Source: Deltaproteobacteria bacterium
GTDB taxonomy: Bacteria > Myxococcota > JACRCW01
Direction: 5' to 3'
DNA length: 43,590 nucleotides
NCBI GenBank assembly: GCA_016218805.1
Contig: JACRCW010000117.1
Coordinates: forward strand, 1 to 43,590
The position numbers and the translations under genes were made by a program. This document shows positions 18,592 to 28,091 of the stretch, one piece after another (position 1 is the first letter of the stretch; every line of letters starts with the position of its first letter). The notes below the pieces were generated by a model. It had not been told where the DNA came from and did no database searches. It saw only the letters and a program-made list of their open reading frames with translations.

Positions 18592-21330
18592 TCACGCGTC
18601 GCGGCCAAACCACCCGCGCCGCTCCATCCACTTCCCCAGCTCCAGCACGAGCGAAACAGTGGAGGCGAGCCCGACGACGGCGAGCCACTCCATGGCGGAC
18701 AGCGCGTAGGTGTTGAACGGCGCATGCAGCACGGGCAGCTCCACAATGAGCACCAACAGCAGCAACTCCCAGGCAATGGCGCGGTTGAGCCAACGGTTGG
18801 CGAACGGCTGGTCCAGCACGGAGCGGTGGTCCGAACGGAAGTTGTACGCCTTGAAGAACTGCACCAGCACCAGTGACACGAACACCAGTGTCATGGCTTC
18901 CGTGACCGGCATTCCCCGCTGCAGCGCCCAGGCGAACAGTGACAGGTTGAGGATGGCGGACCACGCCCCGCCCAGGAGCATCAGCAGCACGACGGGGCGG
19001 GTGAAGATTCCGCGGTGCGCGTCGCGCGGGGGGCGCTGCATGAGGTCCTTCTCCGGCGGGTCCACCGCCAGGGCCAGCGCCGGCAGGCCGTCCGTGGCAA
19101 GGTTCACGTACAGGATCTGCACGGCGGTGAGCGGGAGCGGCAGTCCCAACAGCGCGGCGCCCGCCATGAGGCCGATTTCGCCGATATTCGAGGACAGCAG
19201 GTACATCAGGTATTTCTTGATGTTGCCAAAAATGCCGCGTCCTTCCTCCACCGCAGCCACAATGGAGGCAAAGTTGTCGTCGGTGAGCGTCATTGCCGCG
19301 GCCTCGCGCGTGACGTCCGTGCCGGAGATCCCCATGGCAATCCCAATGTCCGCGCGCTTGAGGGCCGGCGCGTCATTCACGCCGTCACCCGTCATGGCCA
19401 CCACGCGCTTGCGCGCCTGCAGCGCCTCCACCACGCGCAGCTTGTGGGCGGGAGAAACGCGCGCATACACGGTGATGTCATCAATCACGCGCGCCAGCGC
19501 GTCATCCGGCAGCGCATCCAGCTCCGCTCCCGTCACCACACGCCCCTGGCCCAGGATGCCCAGTTCGCCGGCGATGGCGCGCGCGGTGGACGGGTGATCA
19601 CCGGTGATCATCACCACCCGGATGCCCGCGGACTCGCATTTGCGGATGGCGTCGTGCGCCTCCGGGCGCGGCGGGTCCAACAATCCCACCAGCCCCAGCA
19701 GCGTGAGCTCCTCCTCCGCGTTCTGCAGCGTGGCGTGCGTGCGCGTGGCCACGGCCAGCACGCGCAGGGCCTGGTCCGCCATCCCGCCGGCGGCGCGGAG
19801 GACGTCGTCACGCAGCGGTGCCGTCAACTCCACCACGCGTCCATCCGCACCGCGGGCGCCGGTGCACTGGCGGATGATCGCTTCCGGCGCGCCCTTCACG
19901 CACGCGAACCACCCGTCCGGCGAGTCGTGCAGGGTGGTCATCCGCTTGCGTTCCGACGTGAAGGGCACCTCCGCCCGCCGTGGGAAGCGGCGGTCCAGGT
20001 CCACCTTGTCCAGGCCCGCCTTGGCGGCGGCCACCACCAGCGCGCCCTCGGTTGGGTCGCCGTGGATCGCCGCGGGGCGTTCGCCCTGGGCGGGAGCCAG
20101 GTGTGCGTCCGAGCACAGCGCCGCGGCGCGCAACAGCTCCGTCACCACCGGGGATGCCGGAGTGTCCTGCCCGCCCACGGAGAATGAACCCACGGGCGCG
20201 TAACCCGCGCCGCTCACGTCCACGGTGCCCGCCATGGTCCAGATGCGGCGTGCGGTCATCTCGTCACGCGTCAGCGTGCCGGTCTTGTCCGAGCAGATCA
20301 CGGAGGTGCTGCCCAACGTCTCCACCGCGGCCAGCCGCCGCACCAGCGCGTTCCGCCCGACCATGCGCTGGACGCCCAATGCCAGCGAAATGGTGACGAC
20401 GGCAGGCAGCGCCTCCGGAACCACGGCCACCGCCAGGGCGATGCCGAACACCAGCATCTCCAGCAGGGGCTGGCCGCGGATCAATCCCAGCGCGACGATG
20501 ACGACGACGACGGCCGCCGCCACGCGCGCGAGCGTCCGGCCGGTTCGGTCCAGGTTCACCTGCAGCGGCGTGCGCGTGACCTGCACGTCCTGCAGCATGC
20601 CGGCCACGCGTCCAAACTCAGTGGCCATCCCCGTGGATACAACAACCGCGCGGCCGCGCCCGTAGCTGATCGCGGTGCCGCCGTTCACCATGTTGCGCCG
20701 GTCCGCGACGGCGACGTCCGCGCCGGGGATTGCGTCCGCGTGTTTGTCAACGGGGACGGATTCGCCGGTGAGCAATGCCTCGTCCGCCTGCAGGTTGACG
20801 GCCTCCAGCAAACGCGCGTCCGCGGGCACGCGGTCCCCGGCGTGCAGCAGCACAACGTCGCCGGGCACCACCTGCGGGGAGGGCAGGGTGTGCTCGGTGC
20901 CGTCGCGGATCACTTTTGCCGCCGGCGCGGCCAGCTTGCGCAGGGCCTCCATGGCGCGTTCGGCGCGGTACTCCTGCACAAACCCCAGGCCCGCCGCGAA
21001 CAGCAGGATCACGCCGATGGCCACCGCCTCCAGCGCGTGCCCCAGCGCCGCGGACAACACCACGGCGACGAGCAGGATGAGCATCAACACGTTCTTGAAC
21101 TGGTCCGCCAGGACCTTCCACGGGCTCACCGCACGCGCGGCTGCAAGCGTGTTCGGCCCGTAGGCATTGAGGCGGCGTGCGGCCTCGGCAGGCGAGAGCC
21201 CGGCGTCCGTGGACTTCAGTTGCGTGAGGGCCTGCGCGCCGGTGAGCGCGTGCCACCGGGGCGGCGCAGGCGTGGCTGTCGTCGGCGGACCGGCCGACAA
21301 GTGACCCACGGGGAGGAACGTGGTGGCCAT
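18592..21330 (-). CDS. P-type cation-transporting ATPase (P2A, Ca2+-like)
   Basis: TGES, PEALP, DKTGTLT, KGAPE, MITGD, TGDGVNDAPAL and QILYVNLATDGLPALAL motifs. Confidence 0.96.
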   Translation of the reverse strand: MATTFLPVGHLSAGPPTTATPAPPRWHALTGAQALTQLKSTDAGLSPAEAARRLNAYGPNTLAAARAVSPWKVLADQFKNVLMLILLVAVVLSAALGHALEAVAIGVILLFAAGLGFVQEYRAERAMEALRKLAAPAAKVIRDGTEHTLPSPQVVPGDVVLLHAGDRVPADARLLEAVNLQADEALLTGESVPVDKHADAIPGADVAVADRRNMVNGGTAISYGRGRAVVVSTGMATEFGRVAGMLQDVQVTRTPLQVNLDRTGRTLARVAAAVVVVIVALGLIRGQPLLEMLVFGIALAVAVVPEALPAVVTISLALGVQRMVGRNALVRRLAAVETLGSTSVICSDKTGTLTRDEMTARRIWTMAGTVDVSGAGYAPVGSFSVGGQDTPASPVVTELLRAAALCSDAHLAPAQGERPAAIHGDPTEGALVVAAAKAGLDKVDLDRRFPRRAEVPFTSERKRMTTLHDSPDGWFACVKGAPEAIIRQCTGARGADGRVVELTAPLRDDVLRAAGGMADQALRVLAVATRTHATLQNAEEELTLLGLVGLLDPPRPEAHDAIRKCESAGIRVVMITGDHPSTARAIAGELGILGQGRVVTGAELDALPDDALARVIDDITVYARVSPAHKLRVVEALQARKRVVAMTGDGVNDAPALKRADIGIAMGISGTDVTREAAAMTLTDDNFASIVAAVEEGRGIFGNIKKYLMYLLSSNIGEIGLMAGAALLGLPLPLTAVQILYVNLATDGLPALALAVDPPEKDLMQRPPRDAHRGIFTRPVVLLMLLGGAWSAILNLSLFAWALQRGMPVTEAMTLVFVSLVLVQFFKAYNFRSDHRSVLDQPFANRWLNRAIAWELLLLVLIVELPVLHAPFNTYALSAMEWLAVVGLASTVSLVLELGKWMERRGWFGRDA

Positions 21331-22226
21331 CGGCCCTCAGGGTAGGGACGCGCAGAGGCGTGGCCATGCGGGTACGGGAATTCGCTGAGGTTCCGCGGAT
21401 CGCGCAAGGCGCGCGCGGCCACGGTCACGCCCGGGCGGCGCAGGCTCACCGCGAACCGCATGCGCGAACACGACGACGAAGAACCGTATTCCCTGCGCGC
21501 TGCGCGGGCCCAGCGCACGTTCCCGGCGCTGCGATCGCCCGGATGGCGTGCTGGAACGCCGGGTCAAGCAGCGAAACCCACGGAGGGTACATGGCGCTGG
21601 TGATGATGCCCGTGGAGTTGATGATTCGGCTCGCGAGCCTGAGCGCGGCGGCGGTCCACTCCACGCAAGTTACGCTGGAATCCAGCGGCGGGTTCCTGCG
21701 ACGGGAAGAATGTCGTGCGCGCTCCACGCTGGTGCTCGCATGCCCGAGCCCTTCACGCCATCACACGATTGGCGAGGGGGCAGGAGCGGTTCACGCTGGC
21801 CCATCCCATTCGAGGGGGGACACACGGGTGGTGGCGTCCGTGATCGGGCATGGGCACGGGGATCGTGTACCACGCCAATGCGTTGCAGTTCGTCGACGGG
21901 ATCGACGCGAACGCGCTGCGTTCCTTGGTGGGCGCCCGGGCGGGTTTGGTCCGCCATCTCAGCACCCGTCCTTCGGATTCCTCGTCCCTACCCCTGTGGA
22001 TGACCCCGGAGGACGAGGAGCCGGCGTCGCAGGCGCTGTTCGACCCGGTGTCTCAGGACGGCTTGGCCGTCCCGGCGAAGACGCGTGGTGTTGCGCTTCC
22101 GGGCGTGTGGCTGGTTCACTGGGGTCGGGGCTCGTCGGAGTGATCCCGCAGTTGCACCTGTTGGGTAGTTTCGGGCTTCGAGGACATGCAAAACACGACA
22201 TTCCTCGCTGCTTGCGACCGGTCCCC

Positions 22227-23022
22227 CTACCAAACAAGCCGCGGCCGCTCTCCCCAAGTGGATCGGATGGCTTCCTCTAATGCCAATAACGACAAGGACC
22301 CCACGCGGCCCTCGGAAACCTCGATGAAAAGGCACTTCCACCGGAGTTCCTTCAAGCCCCGCAGCGCCTCGAGTTCATACCCCTCCACGTCCACCTTCAG
22401 CAGGTCCACCTCCCCAGGGAAGTTGCCACGCCCGCATCAGTTCCCCGTCGACGGGACGAAGATCGACGGACAGCTGTTGGACGGCTGTGGTCTGCAGGTT
22501 TCGCACGCTGTTGGCACGGTGCACGCTGCCCTGCGCCGACTTCCCGGGAACCCAGAAGAATGGCACCCGCGCCGGCTCCGGCCCGACGCCGAAGGGAAAC
22601 ACCCGCCAACCCGGCACGCCGCGCGCGTTGCGCTCCAGCAGCGGGAAAACCGAAGGATTCGGCTCGAACGAGCAGACCTCAAGGTGCGGCCAGTAACGCT
22701 TGAGCGTGAAGGCGAACTGCCCGACGTTTGCCCCCACGTCGAACACGGTGCGCGCCGCCCGCAGGTCCACGTGGCTGCCGAGGTCCAAGATCTCCTTCGG
22801 GTAGCCCTGCAGCAGCGCCGGCGCGAGGCGGTTGTCGTACACGAATGGCCGCCCCAGGAAGCGCACGCTGCGCCGGTTGGCGGCGATGGCGGCGTACTTC
22901 TCGAGCAGAAACCGGTAGCGACGGACGCCGGGCTCCCGTGGCAGCTCCACCAGTAGCCATTCGCGGTCCAGCCGAAGGTTCTGCACCAGCCGGCCGGCGA
23001 GGAAGGGGACCTGCGCGAGCAT
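22227..23022 (-). pseudogene. FkbM-family methyltransferase, frameshifted
   Basis: VFDVGANVGQF and SFEPNP are in one frame; VDLLKVDVEGYE is in the next frame after one extra base at about 22411-22422. Confidence 0.8.
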
Positions 23023-23104
23023 CAGCGGAGGGTAGTAGGCCACGCGGCAGCGCAGCGACAACGTCCCCGTTGATGAACCCCCGCCGAAGGTACCGCGCCT
23101 CCAT

Positions 23105-23146
23105 GGGGTTGCGGAATCCGCCGTCGGGGTTGCGGAATCCGCCGTC
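23105..23146 (+). repeat. Perfect 21-bp tandem duplication
   Basis: GGGGTTGCGGAATCCGCCGTC at 23105-23125 and again at 23126-23146. Confidence 0.95.
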
Positions 23147-23149
23147 ACG

Positions 23150-23549
23150 CCTGCAGGTGGCCTCCGGCGTGCCCTGGCGCGCGTGGCCGGATGCGCGCTG
23201 CCGCGTCGTCGTGGCCGTGGTTCCGTTTGGGCTGCTTGCCCTGGAGGCGGCATCCCCAGAGCTCATGCGCGCCACGCTGGGATGGAGCGAAGGGGCCCGG
23301 GTTGTGGTCACGTTGTGTGTGGTCGGAGTGGCCTCGGGTCCGATGGGCACCGCGTTCCCCGCGGGTCTGAGGCGGTTCGGCAACGCGCGGTTGCCGTGGT
23401 TCTGGGCGGTGAACGGCGCGTTCGGCGTGCTGGGAAGTGTGCTGGCGGTGGTGATCGCGATGGTCGGTGGTTTCTCGTCGGCATTGCAGGGGGCGGCGTT
23501 GCTGTACGCGGGTCCGGCGGCGCTGCTGTGGGTGCGCCGTCCCGAATAG
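23150..23549 (+). pseudogene. C-terminal remnant of a polytopic membrane protein (spermidine-synthase-fusion type)
   Basis: PMGTAFPAGLRR....LPWFWAVNGAFGVLGSVLAVVIA....FS....A.LLY resembles the C-terminal TM block of those long proteins. No matching N-terminus is present. Confidence 0.6.
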
Positions 23550-23662
23550 CGCGTGCGTAGGTCCGAACAGCGTCGGCGGCCCGCACACCACACACTCCGC
23601 GCGGCGTTGATCGCCGTGCTCCAGCGCTCATCCGCGCGATTGCCTGTGGTATCAGAAACGCC

Positions 23663-24592
23663 ATGGCCAAACCGCTTGCTGGAAAGATCGCCGTGGTTGC
23701 TGGCGCGACGCGCGGTGCCGGGCGCGGGATCGCTACGGCGCTTGGGGAGGCCGGCGCGACCGTCTACTGCACCGGCCGCAGCGTGCCCGGGAGCCCCGGC
23801 ATGAAGAACCGCCCGGAGACGATTCACGAGACCGCTGCCATCGTGACGGAGCGTGGTGGCAACGGGATTGCGGTCCGGGTGGATCACACCGTCCCCGAGC
23901 AGGTCGCGGCGTTGTTTGAGCAGGTCGGTGAGTTCGACATCCTGGTCAACGACATCTGGGGTGGTGACGACGTCATTGCGTGGGGCAAGAAGCTCTGGGA
24001 GACGAAGCTCGACGACGGCCTCACGCTCATAGACCGCGCGATCAAGACGCACATCATCACGAGCTACCACGGGCTCCCGCACATCCGCCGGGGTGGCGTC
24101 GTCTTCGAGATCACCGACGGCGACGCGTTCTTCTATCGCGGGCATTTCTTCTACGACCTCGTCAAGACCACCGTCATCCGGATGGCATTTGCGCTCTCGC
24201 AAGAGCTCAAGGACCGGGGCGTGACGGCGGTCGCCGTGACGCCGGGCTTCCTTCGCTCGGAGTGGATGCTGGATCACTTCGGCGTCACCGAGGCGAACTG
24301 GCGTGACGCGGCGGCGACGGTCAAGGAGTTCATCGCCTCGGAAACGCCGCTGTTCGTGGGCCGCGGCGTGGCGGCGCTTGCCGCGGATCCGCAGGTCGCC
24401 AGGAGGAACGGGCGGGTCATCGCGTCGTGGGACCTCGGTGATGAGTACGGCGTCACGGACGCTGATGGCTCGCGTCCCCATTTTGTCCGCTGGCTCAAGG
24501 AGCACATGCCGGAGGTGGCGGCGGGTTGGAAGAAGGCGGACGACGGGTTCTATGCGTACTGGGGGAACACCCCGTACGGAACACCGGGCTAG
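23663..24592 (+). CDS. Short-chain dehydrogenase/reductase
   Basis: VAGATRGAGRGIA, LVNDIWGG, YDLVK and TPGFLRSE motifs. Confidence 0.93.
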   Translation: MAKPLAGKIAVVAGATRGAGRGIATALGEAGATVYCTGRSVPGSPGMKNRPETIHETAAIVTERGGNGIAVRVDHTVPEQVAALFEQVGEFDILVNDIWGGDDVIAWGKKLWETKLDDGLTLIDRAIKTHIITSYHGLPHIRRGGVVFEITDGDAFFYRGHFFYDLVKTTVIRMAFALSQELKDRGVTAVAVTPGFLRSEWMLDHFGVTEANWRDAAATVKEFIASETPLFVGRGVAALAADPQVARRNGRVIASWDLGDEYGVTDADGSRPHFVRWLKEHMPEVAAGWKKADDGFYAYWGNTPYGTPG

Positions 24593-25001
24593 GAACAATG
24601 CCGTTCGGTTAGCAGGGATCCGGGGTGGAGCTGGGAATACCCGGAGTTCCGCGGTTGGACGCGGGATACTCACCAGGCCCAGAGGCCCGTATGCCGCGGA
24701 GGGTTGACTTGTTCTGCCCGCTGGGCCCTGACCCCCCGTCACTGCGCTCATCTGGCCGGCAGCCCCCCAAAGTGGGGGGCTGGCCTTTTTGCGACCAGAC
24801 GTGGGCGCGGAGCTCAGGAAGACGGGTAGGCCCCCACTTTGGGGGCCCAGGGCCGCGCTGCCAAGCGGCGGGGGTCCGGGACCCGCGGGCTCAGCGCGTC
24901 GAGTCTTTCGCGCCGCACTGCGGTCGGTGTGGGAGCTGCGGCTGAGAGGACGACGAGGATCGCCCAAACCGAACGGCATTGTTCCTAGCCCGGGCTAGGA
25001 A
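24584..25001. mobile_element. Non-autonomous MITE-like element with IS4-like ends
   Basis: Perfect 27-bp inverted repeat at 24584-24610 and 24967-24993. CCGGGCTAGGAA recurs as a direct repeat at 24584-24595 and 24990-25001. The interior is non-coding and hairpin-rich. Confidence 0.75.
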
Positions 25002-25005
25002 TTGT

Positions 25006-26283
25006 TCACGCCCCGGCAGCGTCCGGCGCTCCGCGCAGCCACACGGCCACCGCCAGCGCGCCCGGAACCGCACACGCGCACACGACGAGGAAGAACCCCG
25101 TGTACCCCAGCGCGTCAACGAGGAACCCGCTGGCGCTGCCCGCAAGCAGGGCCGCGAGCGCCATGAGCCCCGTGGAGATGGCGTAGAACGACGTGGGGTG
25201 CGCGGTGTCCTGGCTCTGCTGCATCAGGCACACCATGAAGCCTGAGAAACCAAAGCCGTAGGCGAACTGCTCCACCCCCGCGACGGCTGTGGCCTCCCAC
25301 ACTCCGACCCGCGCCCAGGCGGCCCACGCGTACAGCGGGTTGGGCGCGTGCATGGTGATCACCAGCGGCCACAGCGCGCGGCGCAGGCCCCACCGCCCCA
25401 GCACCCAGCCACCCGCCAGGCCGCCCGCCGTCAGCGCAACCACGCCCACCGTTCCCTGGATGAACCCCGCAGTGCCGACGCTGATGCCCAGCCCGCCGCG
25501 GTCCGGCGCATCCAGCAGGAAGGGCATGGACATGGTGGCCAGCATGGATTCGCCGGTGCGGTAGAACGCAATGAACGCCAGCAGCGCCAACAGCCGCGGT
25601 TGGCGTACGTACGCGCGCAGCACGGTGGTGAACGTGGACAGCCGCGCGGCGCCGGGCCGCGGCTGGTCACAAGCGGGGCGGGGCATGGCGCGCGCATTCA
25701 GGATCATGGCGGCGGCGTACAGCACCGCCGCGGCCAGGAACGCGTAGCGCCACGCCTCCGCGAGCGACGACCGCACCGCCAGCGCTCCCGCGAGCCACAC
25801 CAGCCCGCCACCGACGACGACCATGGCGACCCGGAAGGCCGCGGAGCGCACGCCAACGAACGACGCCTGCTGCCGCGTGTCCAGCGCGAGGAGGTAGAAG
25901 CCGTCAGCCGCGATGTCATGGAGCGACGAGGCCAGGGCGACCAGGCCGAGCCCCACGGCGGACAGCGCGATCATCCACGGCCCCGTGGTGGTGAACGCGC
26001 AGGTCACCAGCAGCGCGACCAGCATGCCCTGCGTGGCAACAATCCATTGGCGCCGCGTCCACAACGCCTCCACCCACGGGGCGAACAGCGGCTTGAGCGT
26101 CCACGGTACCTTCACCACGCTCGTGACCACACCGATGGTGGAGTTGTCGACGGAGAGTGTCTTGTACATGGCCACGGCCAGCTGCTGGACCACCGCGGTG
26201 GGCACGCCTTGTAAGAAGTACAAAAGCGGAACGAACCGCCAGGGGCTGGGCGGACGGTCAGCGGATTGCGAGGCGGGATCCAT
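25006..26283 (-). CDS. AmpG-like MFS transporter
   Basis: LYFLQGVP, PWTLKPLFAP, HDIAADGFY, FYRTGES and FYAISTGLMAL motifs; about 12 TM segments. Confidence 0.9.
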   Translation of the reverse strand: MDPASQSADRPPSPWRFVPLLYFLQGVPTAVVQQLAVAMYKTLSVDNSTIGVVTSVVKVPWTLKPLFAPWVEALWTRRQWIVATQGMLVALLVTCAFTTTGPWMIALSAVGLGLVALASSLHDIAADGFYLLALDTRQQASFVGVRSAAFRVAMVVVGGGLVWLAGALAVRSSLAEAWRYAFLAAAVLYAAAMILNARAMPRPACDQPRPGAARLSTFTTVLRAYVRQPRLLALLAFIAFYRTGESMLATMSMPFLLDAPDRGGLGISVGTAGFIQGTVGVVALTAGGLAGGWVLGRWGLRRALWPLVITMHAPNPLYAWAAWARVGVWEATAVAGVEQFAYGFGFSGFMVCLMQQSQDTAHPTSFYAISTGLMALAALLAGSASGFLVDALGYTGFFLVVCACAVPGALAVAVWLRGAPDAAGA

Positions 26284-26417
26284 GCGGCGGCGAGCACGTT
26301 CCCACACGGTGCCCGGCCGCCCAACAGGTGCGTTCGGGGAGCCCAGTCTGATCGACGAGTCTGGTTATCCGGTGCCCGTGGAGCGTGGAGCCCCACGTGG
26401 ACCCGGGCATCCTGCGC

Positions 26418-27710
26418 CTACACCACCGCCACACGCTTTCCGACGACGTGGAACACGTCCATCTCGCCCTTGCCCTTCATGTGCACCTTGCCGCGCGGCT
26501 CGCACACGAACGCGCCGTCCACGCGCCCCCGCGTCTCCGCACTGACCTGCACCACGCCGGCGTGTCCGTTGGATTCCATCCGGCTCGCCACGTTCACTGT
26601 GTCACCCCACAGGTCATAGATGAACTTGCGGCGGCCAATGACGCCGGCGACAACGGGCCCGGAATTCACACCAAATCGGAAACTCAGCTTCCTCCCGGCA
26701 AACTCGCGCGACGCGACGAGGTCACGCATCTCCAGTGCGAGGCGCACCATGACGATTGCGTGGTCATGGCGTGCAGAAGGGACGCCGGCCGCGACCATGT
26801 AACAGTCGCCAATGGTCTTGATCTTCTCCAGCCCGTGCTTGTCGACCAGACGGTCGAACTCGGTAAACACTTCGTTGAGCACTTCCACCACCTGCGCGGC
26901 GGTCATCCCCGCCGACATCGACGTGAAACCCGCGAGGTCCGCGAACAGCACGCTGGCCTCGGGTTGCTCCTCGGCGATGATGCCCGGCCGGTCGCGCAGC
27001 ACCGCGGCGATGGACGACGGCAACACGTTGAGCAGCAGTTCCTCGGAGCGCGCCTTCTCGGCGAGGATCTGTTGCTTTTGCGCTTCGATCAGCTGGTCCA
27101 TGAGGAATGTCTCCCGCAGCGCGCGCTCGCCGCCGCGCGCGACCAGAAAGCTCTGCAACACGGTCACCCCCACCATCAGCGGTCCGACCCAGCGCAGGTC
27201 CTCCGCGAGCTCGCCCCGGTACCCGAGGTACACGAGGGCCGCCAGGTAGGCGCCGCCACCGGCCAGCAACAGCAGCAGCACCTGCGACGCGCGGTGACGG
27301 TAGACGGATGCCACCTGGTAGAGCATGGAGACCAGGCCCACGAGCCCAAGCACGTCGATCCTCATTCGCAGCTGCCCCATGCCGATCGCGATCATGAACG
27401 ACATCGTATGCGCAAAGAGCACCAGGTGCTGCAGCAAGTGACAGCGCTCGGGCGTCCGCGGCCGACTGGCAAGCAGGAGATTGGCGAGTACCACCGGGTA
27501 CAACGCCCCGAGGAGCAAGGACCCAATGAACAGGTGCTGGGGCGCAAAAGCCGCAACGGCGGAATGGATGCCTCCCCATATGAACAGCGCGCCGAGCGAC
27601 GCCTCGCGGATCACCGGCACCGACGTCATTTCGTGGTAGCGCCGGAATTCGCGTTCAGTGGCCGGGTCGTCGAAGGAAAGGTCCCAACGGGAGGTCCAGG
27701 TAGCGTCCAT
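26418..27710 (-). CDS. Membrane-bound class III adenylate cyclase
   Basis: About 6 TM segments, then SEELLLNVLP, FADLAGFT, KIKTIGDCYM and YDLWGDTVNVASRMES. The Lys/Asp specificity pair indicates ATP. Confidence 0.93.
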   Translation of the reverse strand: MDATWTSRWDLSFDDPATEREFRRYHEMTSVPVIREASLGALFIWGGIHSAVAAFAPQHLFIGSLLLGALYPVVLANLLLASRPRTPERCHLLQHLVLFAHTMSFMIAIGMGQLRMRIDVLGLVGLVSMLYQVASVYRHRASQVLLLLLAGGGAYLAALVYLGYRGELAEDLRWVGPLMVGVTVLQSFLVARGGERALRETFLMDQLIEAQKQQILAEKARSEELLLNVLPSSIAAVLRDRPGIIAEEQPEASVLFADLAGFTSMSAGMTAAQVVEVLNEVFTEFDRLVDKHGLEKIKTIGDCYMVAAGVPSARHDHAIVMVRLALEMRDLVASREFAGRKLSFRFGVNSGPVVAGVIGRRKFIYDLWGDTVNVASRMESNGHAGVVQVSAETRGRVDGAFVCEPRGKVHMKGKGEMDVFHVVGKRVAVV

Positions 27711-28091
27711 GCCGCGTCCTGTAGCTGTGGGGGTTCACCTTGGCGAGGTCACGCGCGGGGCCCATGCGCCGTGTCCGCAGGGAGCGGCTACCTGCGAAGA
27801 CGGCCACCTCGCCCAAGAAGATTGTTTGCTTCGGATCTTTGCGGCTACCACCAATGGCCGAGGTATTGTCTTCCAAATCCAAACATTCACGCGGTGTGAC
27901 AGCTTTGGACTGGAGGAAACCACCATGCCAAGGGCTTGCCCGCCATTTCGCGGAGCGCTCTTCGCAGCGTTTCCCGCCGCCGTGACGGTTGTTGTGAACG
28001 CGGAGTCGGTCCGCTACACGGGGAGCGGCCAAGGGGCTTGGGTTGTCGGCGCCGCGCGCGTCTTACGCCTGCACCCGTGCGAGGTTCCCTC

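Noticed and set aside
14205..21330. MacAB-like exporter plus P-type ATPase as a novel system
   Set aside because: All components are ordinary, widespread families, and nothing in the sequence identifies a special substrate.
22227..22229. Pyrrolysine or stop-codon recoding at the FkbM TAG
   Set aside because: Other genes here use TAG as a normal stop, and the gene has a second lesion.
22679..24979. 766-aa minus-strand ORF and similar long antisense ORFs (9566-11545, 26385-27899, 13926-15770)
   Set aside because: These are shadows of real genes in high-GC DNA, with no motifs and Arg/Pro/Ala-rich composition.
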